Source of the DNA: Candidatus Lloydbacteria bacterium
GTDB lineage: Bacteria > Patescibacteriota > Minisyncoccia > Phycocordibacterales > 21-14-all-47-15
Assembly (NCBI GenBank): GCA_016214545.1
Contig: JACROH010000008.1
Span: forward strand, 1-40,319
Reading direction: 5' to 3'
DNA: 40,319 bases
Part shown: in pieces, positions 25,288 to 34,748 of the stretch
How the letters are laid out: each line of letters starts with the position of its first letter
Position numbering within the stretch: position 1 is the first letter of the stretch
Notes under the pieces: model-generated
Seen by the model: the letters and a program-made list of their open reading frames with translations, nothing else
What the model was told of the DNA's origin: nothing
The model's database searches: none
Made by a program: the position numbers and the translations under genes

Positions 25288-25312
25288 TAGCGCATCAATT
25301 ACGAAAAAACTC

Positions 25313-26422
25313 ATGTCTGAACTATACAGCAATTCAATTTTTTGGGTTGAGGTTGAAAAAATCCACCCGAACCCGTATCAGCCGAGAAAGGAATTTGACC
25401 CGGCGCGGTTAAGCGAGCTTGCCGACTCAATCAGGCAGTATGGCGTGCTTCAGCCGCTTGTGGTGACGCGTCATGAGATAGAACGGGAAGATGGCGGGCT
25501 TTCCGTTGAGTATGAGCTTATCTCGGGGGAACGGCGTCTACGCGCGTCAAAGCTTGCAGGACTCCTCCAGGTGCCCGTTATCATTCGCGTCGGTGAAGAC
25601 AACGATCGTGAAAAGCTCGAACTGGCAATTATCGAAAACCTTCAGCGCGAAGATTTGAATTCGGTTGAAAAAGCGCGCGCGTTCAAACAGCTTGCGGAAG
25701 AATTTGGCTTCAAACACGGAGAAATTGCAAAAAAAGTCGGCAAAAGCCGCGAGTACGTTTCCAATACGATCCGCCTTCTCATGCTTCCGGAAACAATCCT
25801 TGAAGCGCTTTCGAGCGGTCAGATCACCGACGGGCACGCGCGTCCGATTTTGATGTTGATAGACCGCCCCGAAGAACAAATGACTCTTTTTAAGGAAGTG
25901 CTCTATAAAAAACTTACGGTTCGTGATGCGGAAGCGATAGCGCGGCGCATCGCCTATGACCGTGTTCGCAAGAAAGAACGTGCATTTGACCCGGAAATCG
26001 TCGAGCTCGAAGAGCGCATGTCGGAAAAATTCGGCACGCGGGTGCAGATTGAACGCAAAGATATCGGTGGCCGCGTTATGATTGATTTTTTCTCAAACGA
26101 TGATTTGCGAAATATTCTTACGTTGGTTGAATCTGGAGAAGACGGACAGGCCGGGTCTCCGCACGCCATGATGCATGCGTATGAACATTCATTGCAGGAA
26201 GGCGAAGAAGACAAGCCTCTCTTGGGCGAAAACAGCGAAATAGAGCAGGGGGCTTCTCAAGAAGAAAAAGGACCGGAGGCGTATGCTGCGGACGAAGAAG
26301 AAAACGAAGACGGATTACCTGAAACAGAAACAGGCGATGACGACGATAATGAAGCGGCGCCTCCAGCCGACTCATCTTCAGACGAGGACGATTTATACTC
26401 CATCAAAAATTTCTCGTTGTAA
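25313..26422 (+). CDS. parB: ParB/Spo0J partition protein with an acidic C-terminal tail
   Basis: IHPNPYQPRKEF, GVLQPLVV, ELISGERRLRASKLAGL and an HTH region (GEIAKKVGKSREYVSNTIRLL). The tail is rich in D/E. The start is set at ATG 25313 because the upstream part of the ORF overlaps the tRNA. Confidence 0.9.
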   Translation: MSELYSNSIFWVEVEKIHPNPYQPRKEFDPARLSELADSIRQYGVLQPLVVTRHEIEREDGGLSVEYELISGERRLRASKLAGLLQVPVIIRVGEDNDREKLELAIIENLQREDLNSVEKARAFKQLAEEFGFKHGEIAKKVGKSREYVSNTIRLLMLPETILEALSSGQITDGHARPILMLIDRPEEQMTLFKEVLYKKLTVRDAEAIARRIAYDRVRKKERAFDPEIVELEERMSEKFGTRVQIERKDIGGRVMIDFFSNDDLRNILTLVESGEDGQAGSPHAMMHAYEHSLQEGEEDKPLLGENSEIEQGASQEEKGPEAYAADEEENEDGLPETETGDDDDNEAAPPADSSSDEDDLYSIKNFSL

Positions 26423-27877
26423 TTAAGACGCGTTTTTTCCGAGCGCGGAACGTATCTGTTTTCGGGCGAGGGTCGTTTTCACATACTGAAGCCATTTTTG
26501 GTTTGGCATGCTTGATTTTTTCGTGATAATTTCCACGATGTCGCCGTTTTTGAGCGGGGTATCAAGCGAGGTGAATTTGCCGTTTACTTTTGCTCCGGAG
26601 GCATGATTGCCGATGTCGGAATGTATCGCGTATGCGAAATCTATCGGCGACGCGTTTTCCGGCAAGTCGATCACGTCTCCCTGCGGCGTAAACACAAAGA
26701 CTCGGTGCTCAAAAAAATCCATTCTCAAATTTTCCAAAAACTCTTTTGACTCATGTACCTGTTTTTGCCATTCGGATAATTGTTTTACCCAGCGCAGCCG
26801 TTTATTAAGTGCGTTGCTGTTTGGGGACGCGCGTTCTTCTTTGTATGCAAAATGTGCCGCGATTCCGTATTCCGCTTCTTGGTGCATGACCTCGGTGCGT
26901 ATTTGTATTTCAACAATATCACCGTCGCCGGTAAAGATGGTGGTATGAATGCTTTGGTAGCCGTTTGGTTTCGGGAAGGCGATGTAATCTTTGATCCTGC
27001 CCGGGAGCGGACGCCAGAGCGAATGGATGATGCCCAACGTTTTATAACATTCCTCAACGCTTCCTACGATAATGCGCAGCGCCGCGATGTCGTATATTTT
27101 TTCAATATCTTTTTCTTTTTTGAGCAGTTTTTGATAGGTGCTGTAGGTATGTTTGATGCGATAGTCGGTTTTGAAATCGACAATGCCGTGCCCCGCGAGT
27201 TCTTTTTGAAGCGTGCGGTTTACTTTTTCCAAATGTTTTTGCTTGATATTTTTTCGGTCGCGCAGTTGTTCGGTAATATCGCGATACGGTTCGGGATAGG
27301 CGAATGGAAACGCCGCATCTTCAAGCGTCCCTTTGAGCTCTCCCATGCCGAGCCGGTTGGCGAATGGGGCATAGATTTCAAGCGTTTCAAGCGCGATGCG
27401 TTTCTGCTTTTCTTTTCTCACATGCTCAAGCGTTTGCACGTTGTGAAAACGGTCTGCCAGTTTAATGATGAGTACGCGAATATCTTTTGCCACGGCAAAA
27501 AATAACTTTCGGAGGCTTTCGGTGTGCCGTTCGATGCCCTGGTAGCGTAATTTTCCGAGTTTGGTAACGCCTTCGACGAGGAAAGCGATTTCATCGCCAA
27601 ACTCTTTTTTGAGAATTTCCTCGGTCGCCTCTCCGTCTTCAATGGTGTCATGAAGCAACCCCGCCGCAATTGTTTCGGTATCCATGCCAAGCTCGGCTAG
27701 TTTGTATGCCGTGGCAAACGCGTGATTGAAATATGGCTCTCCCGAAAAACGTTTCTGGCCGTCATGAGCCTGTTTAGAAAAATGATACGCTTTGGTGAGC
27801 AATTCAACGTCTCTTTTTTCCGGCTTGCTTATTTTAAGAAGCGCCTCAAGGGATATGTCGTTCGCAGGTTCGGTCAT
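26423..27877 (-). CDS. RelA/SpoT-family (p)ppGpp synthetase/hydrolase (HD + synthetase + TGS, with no C-terminal ACT region)
   Basis: HD motif LLHDTIEDG, the synthetase core (YSTYQKL..., GYQSIHTTI), and TGS (VFTPQGDVIDLPENASPIDFAYAIHSDIG). Start is the ATG at 27877. Confidence 0.9.
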   Translation of the reverse strand: MTEPANDISLEALLKISKPEKRDVELLTKAYHFSKQAHDGQKRFSGEPYFNHAFATAYKLAELGMDTETIAAGLLHDTIEDGEATEEILKKEFGDEIAFLVEGVTKLGKLRYQGIERHTESLRKLFFAVAKDIRVLIIKLADRFHNVQTLEHVRKEKQKRIALETLEIYAPFANRLGMGELKGTLEDAAFPFAYPEPYRDITEQLRDRKNIKQKHLEKVNRTLQKELAGHGIVDFKTDYRIKHTYSTYQKLLKKEKDIEKIYDIAALRIIVGSVEECYKTLGIIHSLWRPLPGRIKDYIAFPKPNGYQSIHTTIFTGDGDIVEIQIRTEVMHQEAEYGIAAHFAYKEERASPNSNALNKRLRWVKQLSEWQKQVHESKEFLENLRMDFFEHRVFVFTPQGDVIDLPENASPIDFAYAIHSDIGNHASGAKVNGKFTSLDTPLKNGDIVEIITKKSSMPNQKWLQYVKTTLARKQIRSALGKNAS

Positions 27878-27975
27878 ATACGTATCATCATACACAGAGA
27901 ATAATTTCTGTACATAAACCTGCGCACAAAAAAACGGCACGAAGCCGTTATTCTTGGGTGTGTCTCCATTGTCCG

Positions 27976-30195
27976 CTATTTTCTCTCTTTTTCTATTTTA
28001 TGAGGATTGTGGTTTGGACACGCTTTGTTGCTGCATCGAACCGGAATGGTTTTGGTGCCTTCCATCATGAGCGCGCCGCAGAGCTTGCAGTGGTCGCCGG
28101 TCGGACGTGCTTTGATGGCGTGCTTGCATTCGGGGTAGTTTGAACAGCTGTAAAAGATGCCGAAGCGGCCGCGGCGTTCTACCATTGTGCCTTTACCGCA
28201 TACGGGGCAGGGTACGCCGGTATTGTTTTTGGCTTCCGTGACGGCGTCTTTTTTCACGTATTTGCATTTCGGATACCGTGAACAGGCGACAAAACGGCCG
28301 AAGCGTCCCTCGCGTTCCATCAATTTTCCTTCTTTGCATTTCGGGCAGTGTTCGCCGATGTCTTTTGGCGGCTCGATTTCTTTTCCGTCGATCGTGCGCG
28401 CGCCGGCGCAGTCGGGGAATCGTGAACAGCTTAAAAATTTTCCATTTTTCCCCAATTTGATGACCATACTGCTGCCGCAGACAGGGCAGAGCTCTCCCTT
28501 TGGCGCGTTACCGAGAGTAGTTAATTTTTCGATGTCTTCTTTCGCCAAGACGTCTTTATGAAACGGCTTATAAAAATCGGCGAGCGTTTTTGCATACTCG
28601 CGCTTGCCGTCCGCGATGTCGTCAAGCTCTTCTTCCATCTCGGCGGTAAATGAATCGCTGATGTAGGTGGGGAATTGTGTTTCAAGAAAAGTGCTTACGA
28701 CGTCTCCGGTGTCGGTGGGGAAGAGCGTGCGACCTTCTTTTGTCACATATCCGCGGTCGGCGAGCGTTTTCATGATAGACGCATACGTGCTCGGCCTGCC
28801 GATGCCGCGTTTCTCAAGCTCTTTTACGAGCCCTGCTTCGGTGTAGCGCGACGGCGGAGCGGTTTCTTTGCGCTCCGAATTAATCTCCTGAAGCTCGAGC
28901 GAATTTCCCGGGTTCATTTCAGGCACAAGGACGTCTTCGCCACGCGCCGCGTGGTCGGCAAGCAGCCAGCCGTCAAATAGTACGCGCGAGCCGTTTAAGG
29001 TGAAATCAGGTATCGTGTCGTTCGGTGTCGCTGAAATGATGTTGGCGGTGATTCTTGTTTTCATGAGAACCGCGTCGGCCATCTGGGAGGCGACGGTTCG
29101 CCGCCAGATGAGGTCGTAGAGATTTTTTTGCTCCGGTGTCGTTCCGAATGATGAGCGCGACATGTTTGTGGGGCGAATCGCTTCGTGCGCTTCCTGTGCG
29201 TTTTTGCTTTTTGTCTGGTATTGTCGAGGCTCGGCGTACTTGCTTCCATATTGCGAATTAATGACGCTCGCGATAGCGCCTAAGGCATCCTTGCTCAACG
29301 TGGTGCTGTCGGTGCGCATGTAGGTGATGTGCCCCGCTTCGTAGAGCTTTTGCGCGATGCCCATGGTGCGTGAAGGCGAGAAGCCAAGCCGAGAGCTTGC
29401 GGCTTGTTGCAGGGTGGAGGTGGTAAAGGGCGCTTTGGGCGAGCGTCGCATTTCGGATTCTTTGATGTCGGCAATATGCCACCTTCCTTTTTTCCCCGCG
29501 GACACAATACGCATCGCTTCCGCTTCATTTTTCGGCTCATCAACGCAGGTAAAAAGAAGTTTTGACGCTTTTTTGTTTGCTTCATCGGAAAGAAGGGCGG
29601 TGATTGTCCAGTAGGCTTCCGGAATGAACGCGCGAATCTCGCGCTCGCGCTCCATAATGATGCGGAGCGCCGGCGACTGAACGCGGCCGGCAGAAAGGCC
29701 GTACCGCACTTTTTTCCATATCAAACCGGAGAGGTCGTAGCCCACGAGACGATCGAGCACCCGCCGCGCTTCCTGCGCCTTGCGGAGGTTTTGGTCTATT
29801 TTTCTTGGATGTTTTAGCGCTTCCAATACGGCGCCCTCGGTGATTTCATGAAAGACGACGCGGTTTGTTTCTTTTTTGGGGAGGTCAAGCGCTTCGGCGA
29901 TGTGCCAGGCGATTGCTTCTCCCTCTCGGTCGGGGTCGGTCGCCAGAATGATTTCATCGGAAGTATCCGCGATGCTTACAAGCTCATCAACAATTTTTTG
30001 TTTCTCTTTCGGGATTTCATAATGCGGCGTAAAGTCACGCTCGATATCAATCGCTTTCTTGTTGTTTTTTGGAAGGTCGCGGATGTGTCCAACGGAAGCG
30101 CGGACGATGTACGCGTCTCCGACATATTTTGAAATCGTTTTTGCTTTTGAGGGCGACTCGACGATTAAAAGTTTTTTATCTGCTTTTGTGTGCAT
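27976..30195 (-). CDS. topA: DNA topoisomerase I
   Basis: TOPRIM (LLIVESPSKAKTI, DPDREGE) and the catalytic region ITYMRTDS. There are four C-terminal C4 zinc ribbons: CPVCGS...CSRFPDC, CPKCKE...CSRYPKC, CPVCGK...CSNYPEC and CKLCG...CSNKAC. Confidence 0.95.
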   Translation of the reverse strand: MHTKADKKLLIVESPSKAKTISKYVGDAYIVRASVGHIRDLPKNNKKAIDIERDFTPHYEIPKEKQKIVDELVSIADTSDEIILATDPDREGEAIAWHIAEALDLPKKETNRVVFHEITEGAVLEALKHPRKIDQNLRKAQEARRVLDRLVGYDLSGLIWKKVRYGLSAGRVQSPALRIIMEREREIRAFIPEAYWTITALLSDEANKKASKLLFTCVDEPKNEAEAMRIVSAGKKGRWHIADIKESEMRRSPKAPFTTSTLQQAASSRLGFSPSRTMGIAQKLYEAGHITYMRTDSTTLSKDALGAIASVINSQYGSKYAEPRQYQTKSKNAQEAHEAIRPTNMSRSSFGTTPEQKNLYDLIWRRTVASQMADAVLMKTRITANIISATPNDTIPDFTLNGSRVLFDGWLLADHAARGEDVLVPEMNPGNSLELQEINSERKETAPPSRYTEAGLVKELEKRGIGRPSTYASIMKTLADRGYVTKEGRTLFPTDTGDVVSTFLETQFPTYISDSFTAEMEEELDDIADGKREYAKTLADFYKPFHKDVLAKEDIEKLTTLGNAPKGELCPVCGSSMVIKLGKNGKFLSCSRFPDCAGARTIDGKEIEPPKDIGEHCPKCKEGKLMEREGRFGRFVACSRYPKCKYVKKDAVTEAKNNTGVPCPVCGKGTMVERRGRFGIFYSCSNYPECKHAIKARPTGDHCKLCGALMMEGTKTIPVRCSNKACPNHNPHKIEKERK

Positions 30196-30216
30196 GGTGT
30201 GTATTAGTACTATATA

Positions 30217-30335
30217 TTATTAGCGACGTAAAGCGAGTGGAATGAAAAAGCGCACTTTTTCATTCCCGAGCCGAGGAGCTAACACAAGACGAAGTGCTTT
30301 TATTAGCGACGTAAAGCGAGTAGGATAAAAAGCGC
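30217..30335. repeat. Two ~36-nt direct repeats (30217-30253, 30300-30335) in the dprA-topA spacer; copy 1 is embedded in a 12-bp hairpin (30239-30266)
   Basis: ttattagcgacgtaaagcgagt is identical in both copies, and the tail ..g.at.aaaaagcgc is similar. Hairpin: ggaatgaaaaag-cgca-ctttttcattcc. Confidence 0.8.
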
Positions 30336-30336
30336 T

Positions 30337-31194
30337 CTAATTCGCTCGATAAATATAGCCGAGCCTTTCTTTGATAAGCCCCTTCAGTTCCATAACGGAA
30401 AGGAGTGTATTGATTTCGTGTGTCGGTCTCTCCAGCGCTTGAATAATCGCGTCGCGCGGCAGAGGCTCCCGCAGAAGTTCCAGCACCAGTATTTCTTCCG
30501 GATTCGCGTTTTCTTTTGCGGCGAAATCTTCCTGTGCAGTTTCAAATCCGAGCGCAGCAAGCAGGTCCACGCTTGAGGTAATGGGTGTCGCGCCCCGCCT
30601 GATAAGCGTGTTTGAGCCGTGTGCGCTGTCCGAAAAGATGGAACCGGGAACGGCGTACACGTCGCGGTTGTAGTCGAGCGCAAGCCGCGCGGTAATGAGC
30701 GTTCCCGATTTTTCTTCCGCTTCAACAATCAGCACGCCGCGCGAAAGCCCCGCCATGATACGGTTGCGCTGTGGGAAGCTCCATTGTGTCGCCCGAAAAT
30801 CGGGAGCGAATTCCGAAAGGAGCGCTCCGCCGCGCGCGATGATTTCTTTTGCCAACGCAAGATTGGAAGCGGGGTAAAGCGCTTTTTCGCCAAGCCCTGA
30901 ACCCGGCACGGCGATTGTTTTGAGCCCCGCTTCTATCGCGGCGCGGTGAGCGATGGTGTCGATACCCAAAGCGAGTCCCGACACGATGGCAATCGGATAT
31001 CCCGCAAGACCCAAGATTATTTTTTCACACGCCATTTTTCCGTATGACGTGTATTTTCGAGAACCGACGACGGTAAGGAGGATTGTTTCTTCCGGAGGAA
31101 GTGTTCCTGCGAGATACAGTGTTTTTTGTGGCTGCGGGATTTCAAGCAGCGAGGGTGGAAATTCCTCAATCGTAAGTTTTCTTATGGTGCTCAT
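30337..31194 (-). CDS. dprA: DNA-processing protein DprA (Smf)
   Basis: VVGSRKYTSYG, SGLALGIDTIAHRAA, AVPGSGL and a C-terminal winged-helix-like tail. It lies upstream of topA, a conserved pairing. Confidence 0.9.
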   Translation of the reverse strand: MSTIRKLTIEEFPPSLLEIPQPQKTLYLAGTLPPEETILLTVVGSRKYTSYGKMACEKIILGLAGYPIAIVSGLALGIDTIAHRAAIEAGLKTIAVPGSGLGEKALYPASNLALAKEIIARGGALLSEFAPDFRATQWSFPQRNRIMAGLSRGVLIVEAEEKSGTLITARLALDYNRDVYAVPGSIFSDSAHGSNTLIRRGATPITSSVDLLAALGFETAQEDFAAKENANPEEILVLELLREPLPRDAIIQALERPTHEINTLLSVMELKGLIKERLGYIYRAN

Positions 31195-31260
31195 TTATTC
31201 GCCTATTGTAACAATTTTTGATAATATAGGAATACACACATGGCTAAAAAGCTAATTTTT

Positions 31261-31454
31261 TCTCAGAGCCTGTTCATAATCTAACCGCAAAGTAACCGGT
31301 AAATACAATGCTTGCCTGCCAAAATGTTCAAAATTCCGCTGCAAATTGCGTCTTTTTCGTCAGTGTATCTCGATATACTTCCTCAAAATCCGCAATTTTC
31401 GCAAAGAATTTTGAACATTTCGCCTAGGCATTAGATTATGAACAGGCTCTGACA
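31261..31454. repeat. 194-bp element with 24-bp terminal inverted repeats (23/24) and a second internal 15-bp perfect inverted pair; either a MITE-like element or a long leader hairpin
   Basis: tctcagagcctgttcataatctaa (31261-31284) pairs with ttagattatgaacaggctctgaca (31431-31454). aaatgttcaaaattc (31322-31336) pairs with gaattttgaacattt (31406-31420). Confidence 0.8.
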
Positions 31455-31473
31455 AACTAACCAGCTAACCCCT

Positions 31474-32736
31474 ATGCTCGATATTAAATTTATTCGCGAC
31501 AATAAGGATTTGGTGGCGGAAGCCGCCCGCAAGAAGCACATACGCTTTGATGTGGAAGCGCTCATACAGGCGGACACAAGGCGTCTTGAAATTCTCGCCA
31601 AAGTGGAAGAAATGCGCGCGCGTCAAAATAAAGCGAGCAAAGACATCAGTGCCGTGAAAGATGCGACTCTTCGACAAAGCTTGATAGGTGATATGAAGTC
31701 GGTTAAAGACGAGCTTGGGCGTTTTGAAAACCAGCTAAAGGAGGTCATGAAAGAGTGGCAGCTTTTGATGCTTGCCGTGCCCAACATTCCCGATATGTCG
31801 GTGCCGGAAGGGACGAGCGATGCAGACAATAAAGAAGTGCGCCGATGGGGGGAGCCGCCGCAATTTTCTTTTCCGGTGAAAAGCCATATTGCTTTGATGG
31901 AGGCGTTTGACATGGCGGATTTTGGACGCGGTGCAAAGACTGCCGGATTCCGCGGCTATTTTTTGAAAGGCTACGGGGCGGTGCTCTCGTTTGCCATCTG
32001 GCGGCTCATTTTAGATGAATTGATTACAAAAGGGTTTATGCCGATGATTGCGCCGTCGCTCGTGCGACGCGAAGCATTTTTGGGCACCGGCTATCTGCCA
32101 CAGGGAGAAGAAGATTTATACAAAACGCAAGATGGTGATTTTCTCTCTGGTACCGCCGAGGTGCCGACGATGGCGTACCACATGGATGAGATAATCCCCA
32201 TGGAAGCGCTGCCTAAAAAATTTATTTCTTTTTCGCCGTGTTTCCGCCGCGAAGCGGGGAGTCACGGGAAAGACACGAAAGGACTCATGCGTGTGCATGA
32301 ATTCTTCAAGCTCGAGCAGGTGATTCTTTGCGAAGCAAATCATGAAATTTCAGTAGAGCATCATGAAGAGCTCACCTTAAATGCGGAAGCGTTTATGCAG
32401 AAGCTTGAAATTCCGTATCGGGTGGTGCTCAATTGCGGCGGTGATTTAGGGCTGGGGCAGGTAAAAAAATACGATATTGAAGCATGGGTGCCGTCTGAAA
32501 ACACCTACCGCGAAACACACTCGTCTTCGTATTTTCACGATTTTCAGACGCGGCGTCTCAACATCAAATACCGCGATGCGAACGGTACGCTCCGCTTTGC
32601 TCACTCGCTCAACAACACGGCGATTGCGACTCCGCGTATTCTCATTTCTCTCATCGAAAACCATCAGCAGGAAGACGGCTCAATCAAGATTCCGGAGGCG
32701 TTGCAAAAATATGTCGGTACCGATATCTTGTCATAA
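31474..32736 (+). CDS. serS: Seryl-tRNA synthetase
   Basis: N-terminal coiled coil (MLDIKFIRDN...) and class II motifs (FRREAGSHGKDTKGLMRVHEF, ETHSSS, NNTAIATPR). Confidence 0.95.
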   Translation: MLDIKFIRDNKDLVAEAARKKHIRFDVEALIQADTRRLEILAKVEEMRARQNKASKDISAVKDATLRQSLIGDMKSVKDELGRFENQLKEVMKEWQLLMLAVPNIPDMSVPEGTSDADNKEVRRWGEPPQFSFPVKSHIALMEAFDMADFGRGAKTAGFRGYFLKGYGAVLSFAIWRLILDELITKGFMPMIAPSLVRREAFLGTGYLPQGEEDLYKTQDGDFLSGTAEVPTMAYHMDEIIPMEALPKKFISFSPCFRREAGSHGKDTKGLMRVHEFFKLEQVILCEANHEISVEHHEELTLNAEAFMQKLEIPYRVVLNCGGDLGLGQVKKYDIEAWVPSENTYRETHSSSYFHDFQTRRLNIKYRDANGTLRFAHSLNNTAIATPRILISLIENHQQEDGSIKIPEALQKYVGTDILS

Positions 32737-32778
32737 ATTTCCAACTACCTAATAAGCTAACGAGCCAATATCTAAAAC

Positions 32779-33651
32779 ATGAAATCGCGCCGTGATTTGA
32801 TAACCTCTTCTCGGAATAGCTCCCCTGTAGCGAAACGGGAACGCCGCCAGAAGCTCTTGAGGAGCGCGGGGGCGGCTTTGTGCGTGCTTTTTATCGGCGG
32901 GCTCGGGGCATGGGCGCTCCATCAGGACGCCGTGCGGATACACCGAGTTTCGGTGGAGGGGAATGCCGCTATCGCAAGCAGCACGCTTTCGTCGATAGTG
33001 TCAAAATCACTTGCCGGCTCGTATGCCTTTTTGGTGCCAAAAGACACGGTGCTTTTCTATCCGCGTAAGGAAATTGTCGCCCAAGTGCTTTCTGCGTACC
33101 CGCGCTTGGAGGCCGCAGAGGCGAAAACGGAGCATTTCGATACTCTCGTCCTCTCGGTGAAAGAGCGGGCGCCGAAGTTTGTGTGGTGCGGCCCTTCTCT
33201 TGCCGACAAAGAAGCGGATTCGGTACCCGTTTGCTATTTTGCCGATGACTCCGGTTATATTTTTGATCGTGCCCCCTCTTTTTCAAACCCCGTTTTTTTT
33301 GAAGTGGAGAGCCCCTTGGTGAATGAATTCGGCGCGCTTCGCGGCGGCAGCCCAATCGGCAATTTTATTCTTTCAAAAGAGTCATTAAAAAAGATAGCGG
33401 TATTTAAAGACCGTCTTTCTGTCGCCGGTATTGAAACGAGGGCGCTTCGCGTGCTGCCCGGAGAGGATTACGAATTGCGTATAAAAACCGGCGGAAAAAT
33501 CATTTTTAATGGAAAACAAAATTTTGACACCGTGCTTGAAAATCTTTCCGCCGCGCTCCGCGTGAGCGATTTAAACAAAGCGATTGACGGCGCATCGCTT
33601 CAATACATAGACCTTCGTTTCGGCAACAAAGTATTTTATAAATTTAATTGA
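32779..33651 (+). CDS. FtsQ/DivIB-like cell-division protein (POTRA)
   Basis: Basic N-terminus, a single TM AALCVLFIGGLGAWAL, then a POTRA-like IHRVSVEGNAAIASSTLSSIV. Confidence 0.7.
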   Translation: MKSRRDLITSSRNSSPVAKRERRQKLLRSAGAALCVLFIGGLGAWALHQDAVRIHRVSVEGNAAIASSTLSSIVSKSLAGSYAFLVPKDTVLFYPRKEIVAQVLSAYPRLEAAEAKTEHFDTLVLSVKERAPKFVWCGPSLADKEADSVPVCYFADDSGYIFDRAPSFSNPVFFEVESPLVNEFGALRGGSPIGNFILSKESLKKIAVFKDRLSVAGIETRALRVLPGEDYELRIKTGGKIIFNGKQNFDTVLENLSAALRVSDLNKAIDGASLQYIDLRFGNKVFYKFN

Positions 33652-33688
33652 ATTGAAGAACGTGTTGATATGATCTGTAACACGGTAA

Positions 33689-33727
33689 GCAACTATGCCA
33701 GTATACTGGCATAGTTGCGCTGTTTTA
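33689..33727 (+). terminator. Intrinsic terminator after the ftsQ-like gene
   Basis: gcaactatgccag-tatac-ctggcatagttgc, then gctgtttta. Confidence 0.65.
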
Positions 33728-33745
33728 TAAATAATTAAAGTAAGC

Positions 33746-34714
33746 ATGCTTTCGTTTTGGAAAGATTTATCAAAACCATTTTTTATATTAGCTCCGATGG
33801 CGGATGTGACCGATTTTGCATTTCGCGAAATCATCACGAAGTACGGCAAGCCCGATGTGCTGTGGACGGAATTCGTATCTGCCGACGGTTTGGCGCACCC
33901 AAAGGCGCGGGAGAAACTTCTCATTGATTTTAAATTTAGCAAAAAAGAGCATCCGATTGTGGCGCAGATTTTTGGCGCGAATCCCGACACGATAAAAAAA
34001 GCGGCGGTACTTGTGCGCGAGCTCGGCTTTGACGGTCTGGATATCAACATGGGCTGTCCCGATAAAACAATAGAAAAACAAGGCGCGGGAGCGGCACTTA
34101 TGAAAAATCCGAAATTGGCGCAGGAAATTATCTATGCGGCGAAAGAAGGGGCGGGCGATTTGCCGGTGTCGGTCAAAACCCGTATTGGATACAACAAAGA
34201 CGAAATGGAAACATGGATTCCCGCGCTTCTTGAGACGGGGCTTGCCGCGCTCACGGTGCACGCGCGCACGAGGAAAGAGATGTCAAAAGTGCCGGCGCGC
34301 TGGGAGAGAGTCGCGCACGCGGTGGAGCTTGCAAAAGGAAGCGGCACGCTTATCATCGGCAACGGCGATGTGCTTGATATCGCGGATGCAAGAGCAAAAG
34401 CGCGGGCGACTGGCGCCGACGGGGTCATGCTTGGCAGGGCTATTTTCGGCAACCCGTGGCTCTTTGTGAAAAAGAAAAAAGAAATAACCGTGGAAGAAAA
34501 ATTGCGGGTAATGATAGAACACACGAAGCTTTTTGAAAAAGAACTTGGCGCTCATAAAAATTTTGCGATTATGAAAAAACACTACAAAGCGTACGTGCAC
34601 GGCTTCGATGGCGCGAAAGAATTGCGTATTAAATTGATGGAAGCAAAAGACGCGAAAGAAGTTGCGCGTATAGTGAACGCCTGTTTGACAGACGAGATTA
34701 AAAAGATAACTTAA
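33746..34714 (+). CDS. tRNA-dihydrouridine synthase
   Basis: LAPMADVTD, VAQIFG, DGLDINMGCP, GAGAALMKNP, VSVKTRIG, LTVHARTR and GNGD. Confidence 0.9.
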   Translation: MLSFWKDLSKPFFILAPMADVTDFAFREIITKYGKPDVLWTEFVSADGLAHPKAREKLLIDFKFSKKEHPIVAQIFGANPDTIKKAAVLVRELGFDGLDINMGCPDKTIEKQGAGAALMKNPKLAQEIIYAAKEGAGDLPVSVKTRIGYNKDEMETWIPALLETGLAALTVHARTRKEMSKVPARWERVAHAVELAKGSGTLIIGNGDVLDIADARAKARATGADGVMLGRAIFGNPWLFVKKKKEITVEEKLRVMIEHTKLFEKELGAHKNFAIMKKHYKAYVHGFDGAKELRIKLMEAKDAKEVARIVNACLTDEIKKIT

Positions 34715-34748
34715 AGACAAAGCTGTTATTTGACAAAGGAGGTGCCTT

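Noticed and set aside
26420-26425. The abutting stop codons of the convergent parB and rel genes, considered as an unusual regulatory overlap.
   Set aside because: This is simply tight packing: taa at 26420-26422 and tta at 26423-26425. No shared structure or repeat is visible.
30217-30335. The direct repeats, considered as a CRISPR array.
   Set aside because: There are only two copies, one partly hairpin-embedded, with an 83-nt period. No cas genes or further repeats are present anywhere in the window.
31195-31473. A T-box or other known riboswitch upstream of serS.
   Set aside because: There is no specifier-loop/AGAGA/T-box consensus (ggtggtaccgcg-like) and no terminator-antiterminator pair. 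The region is better described as an inverted-repeat element.
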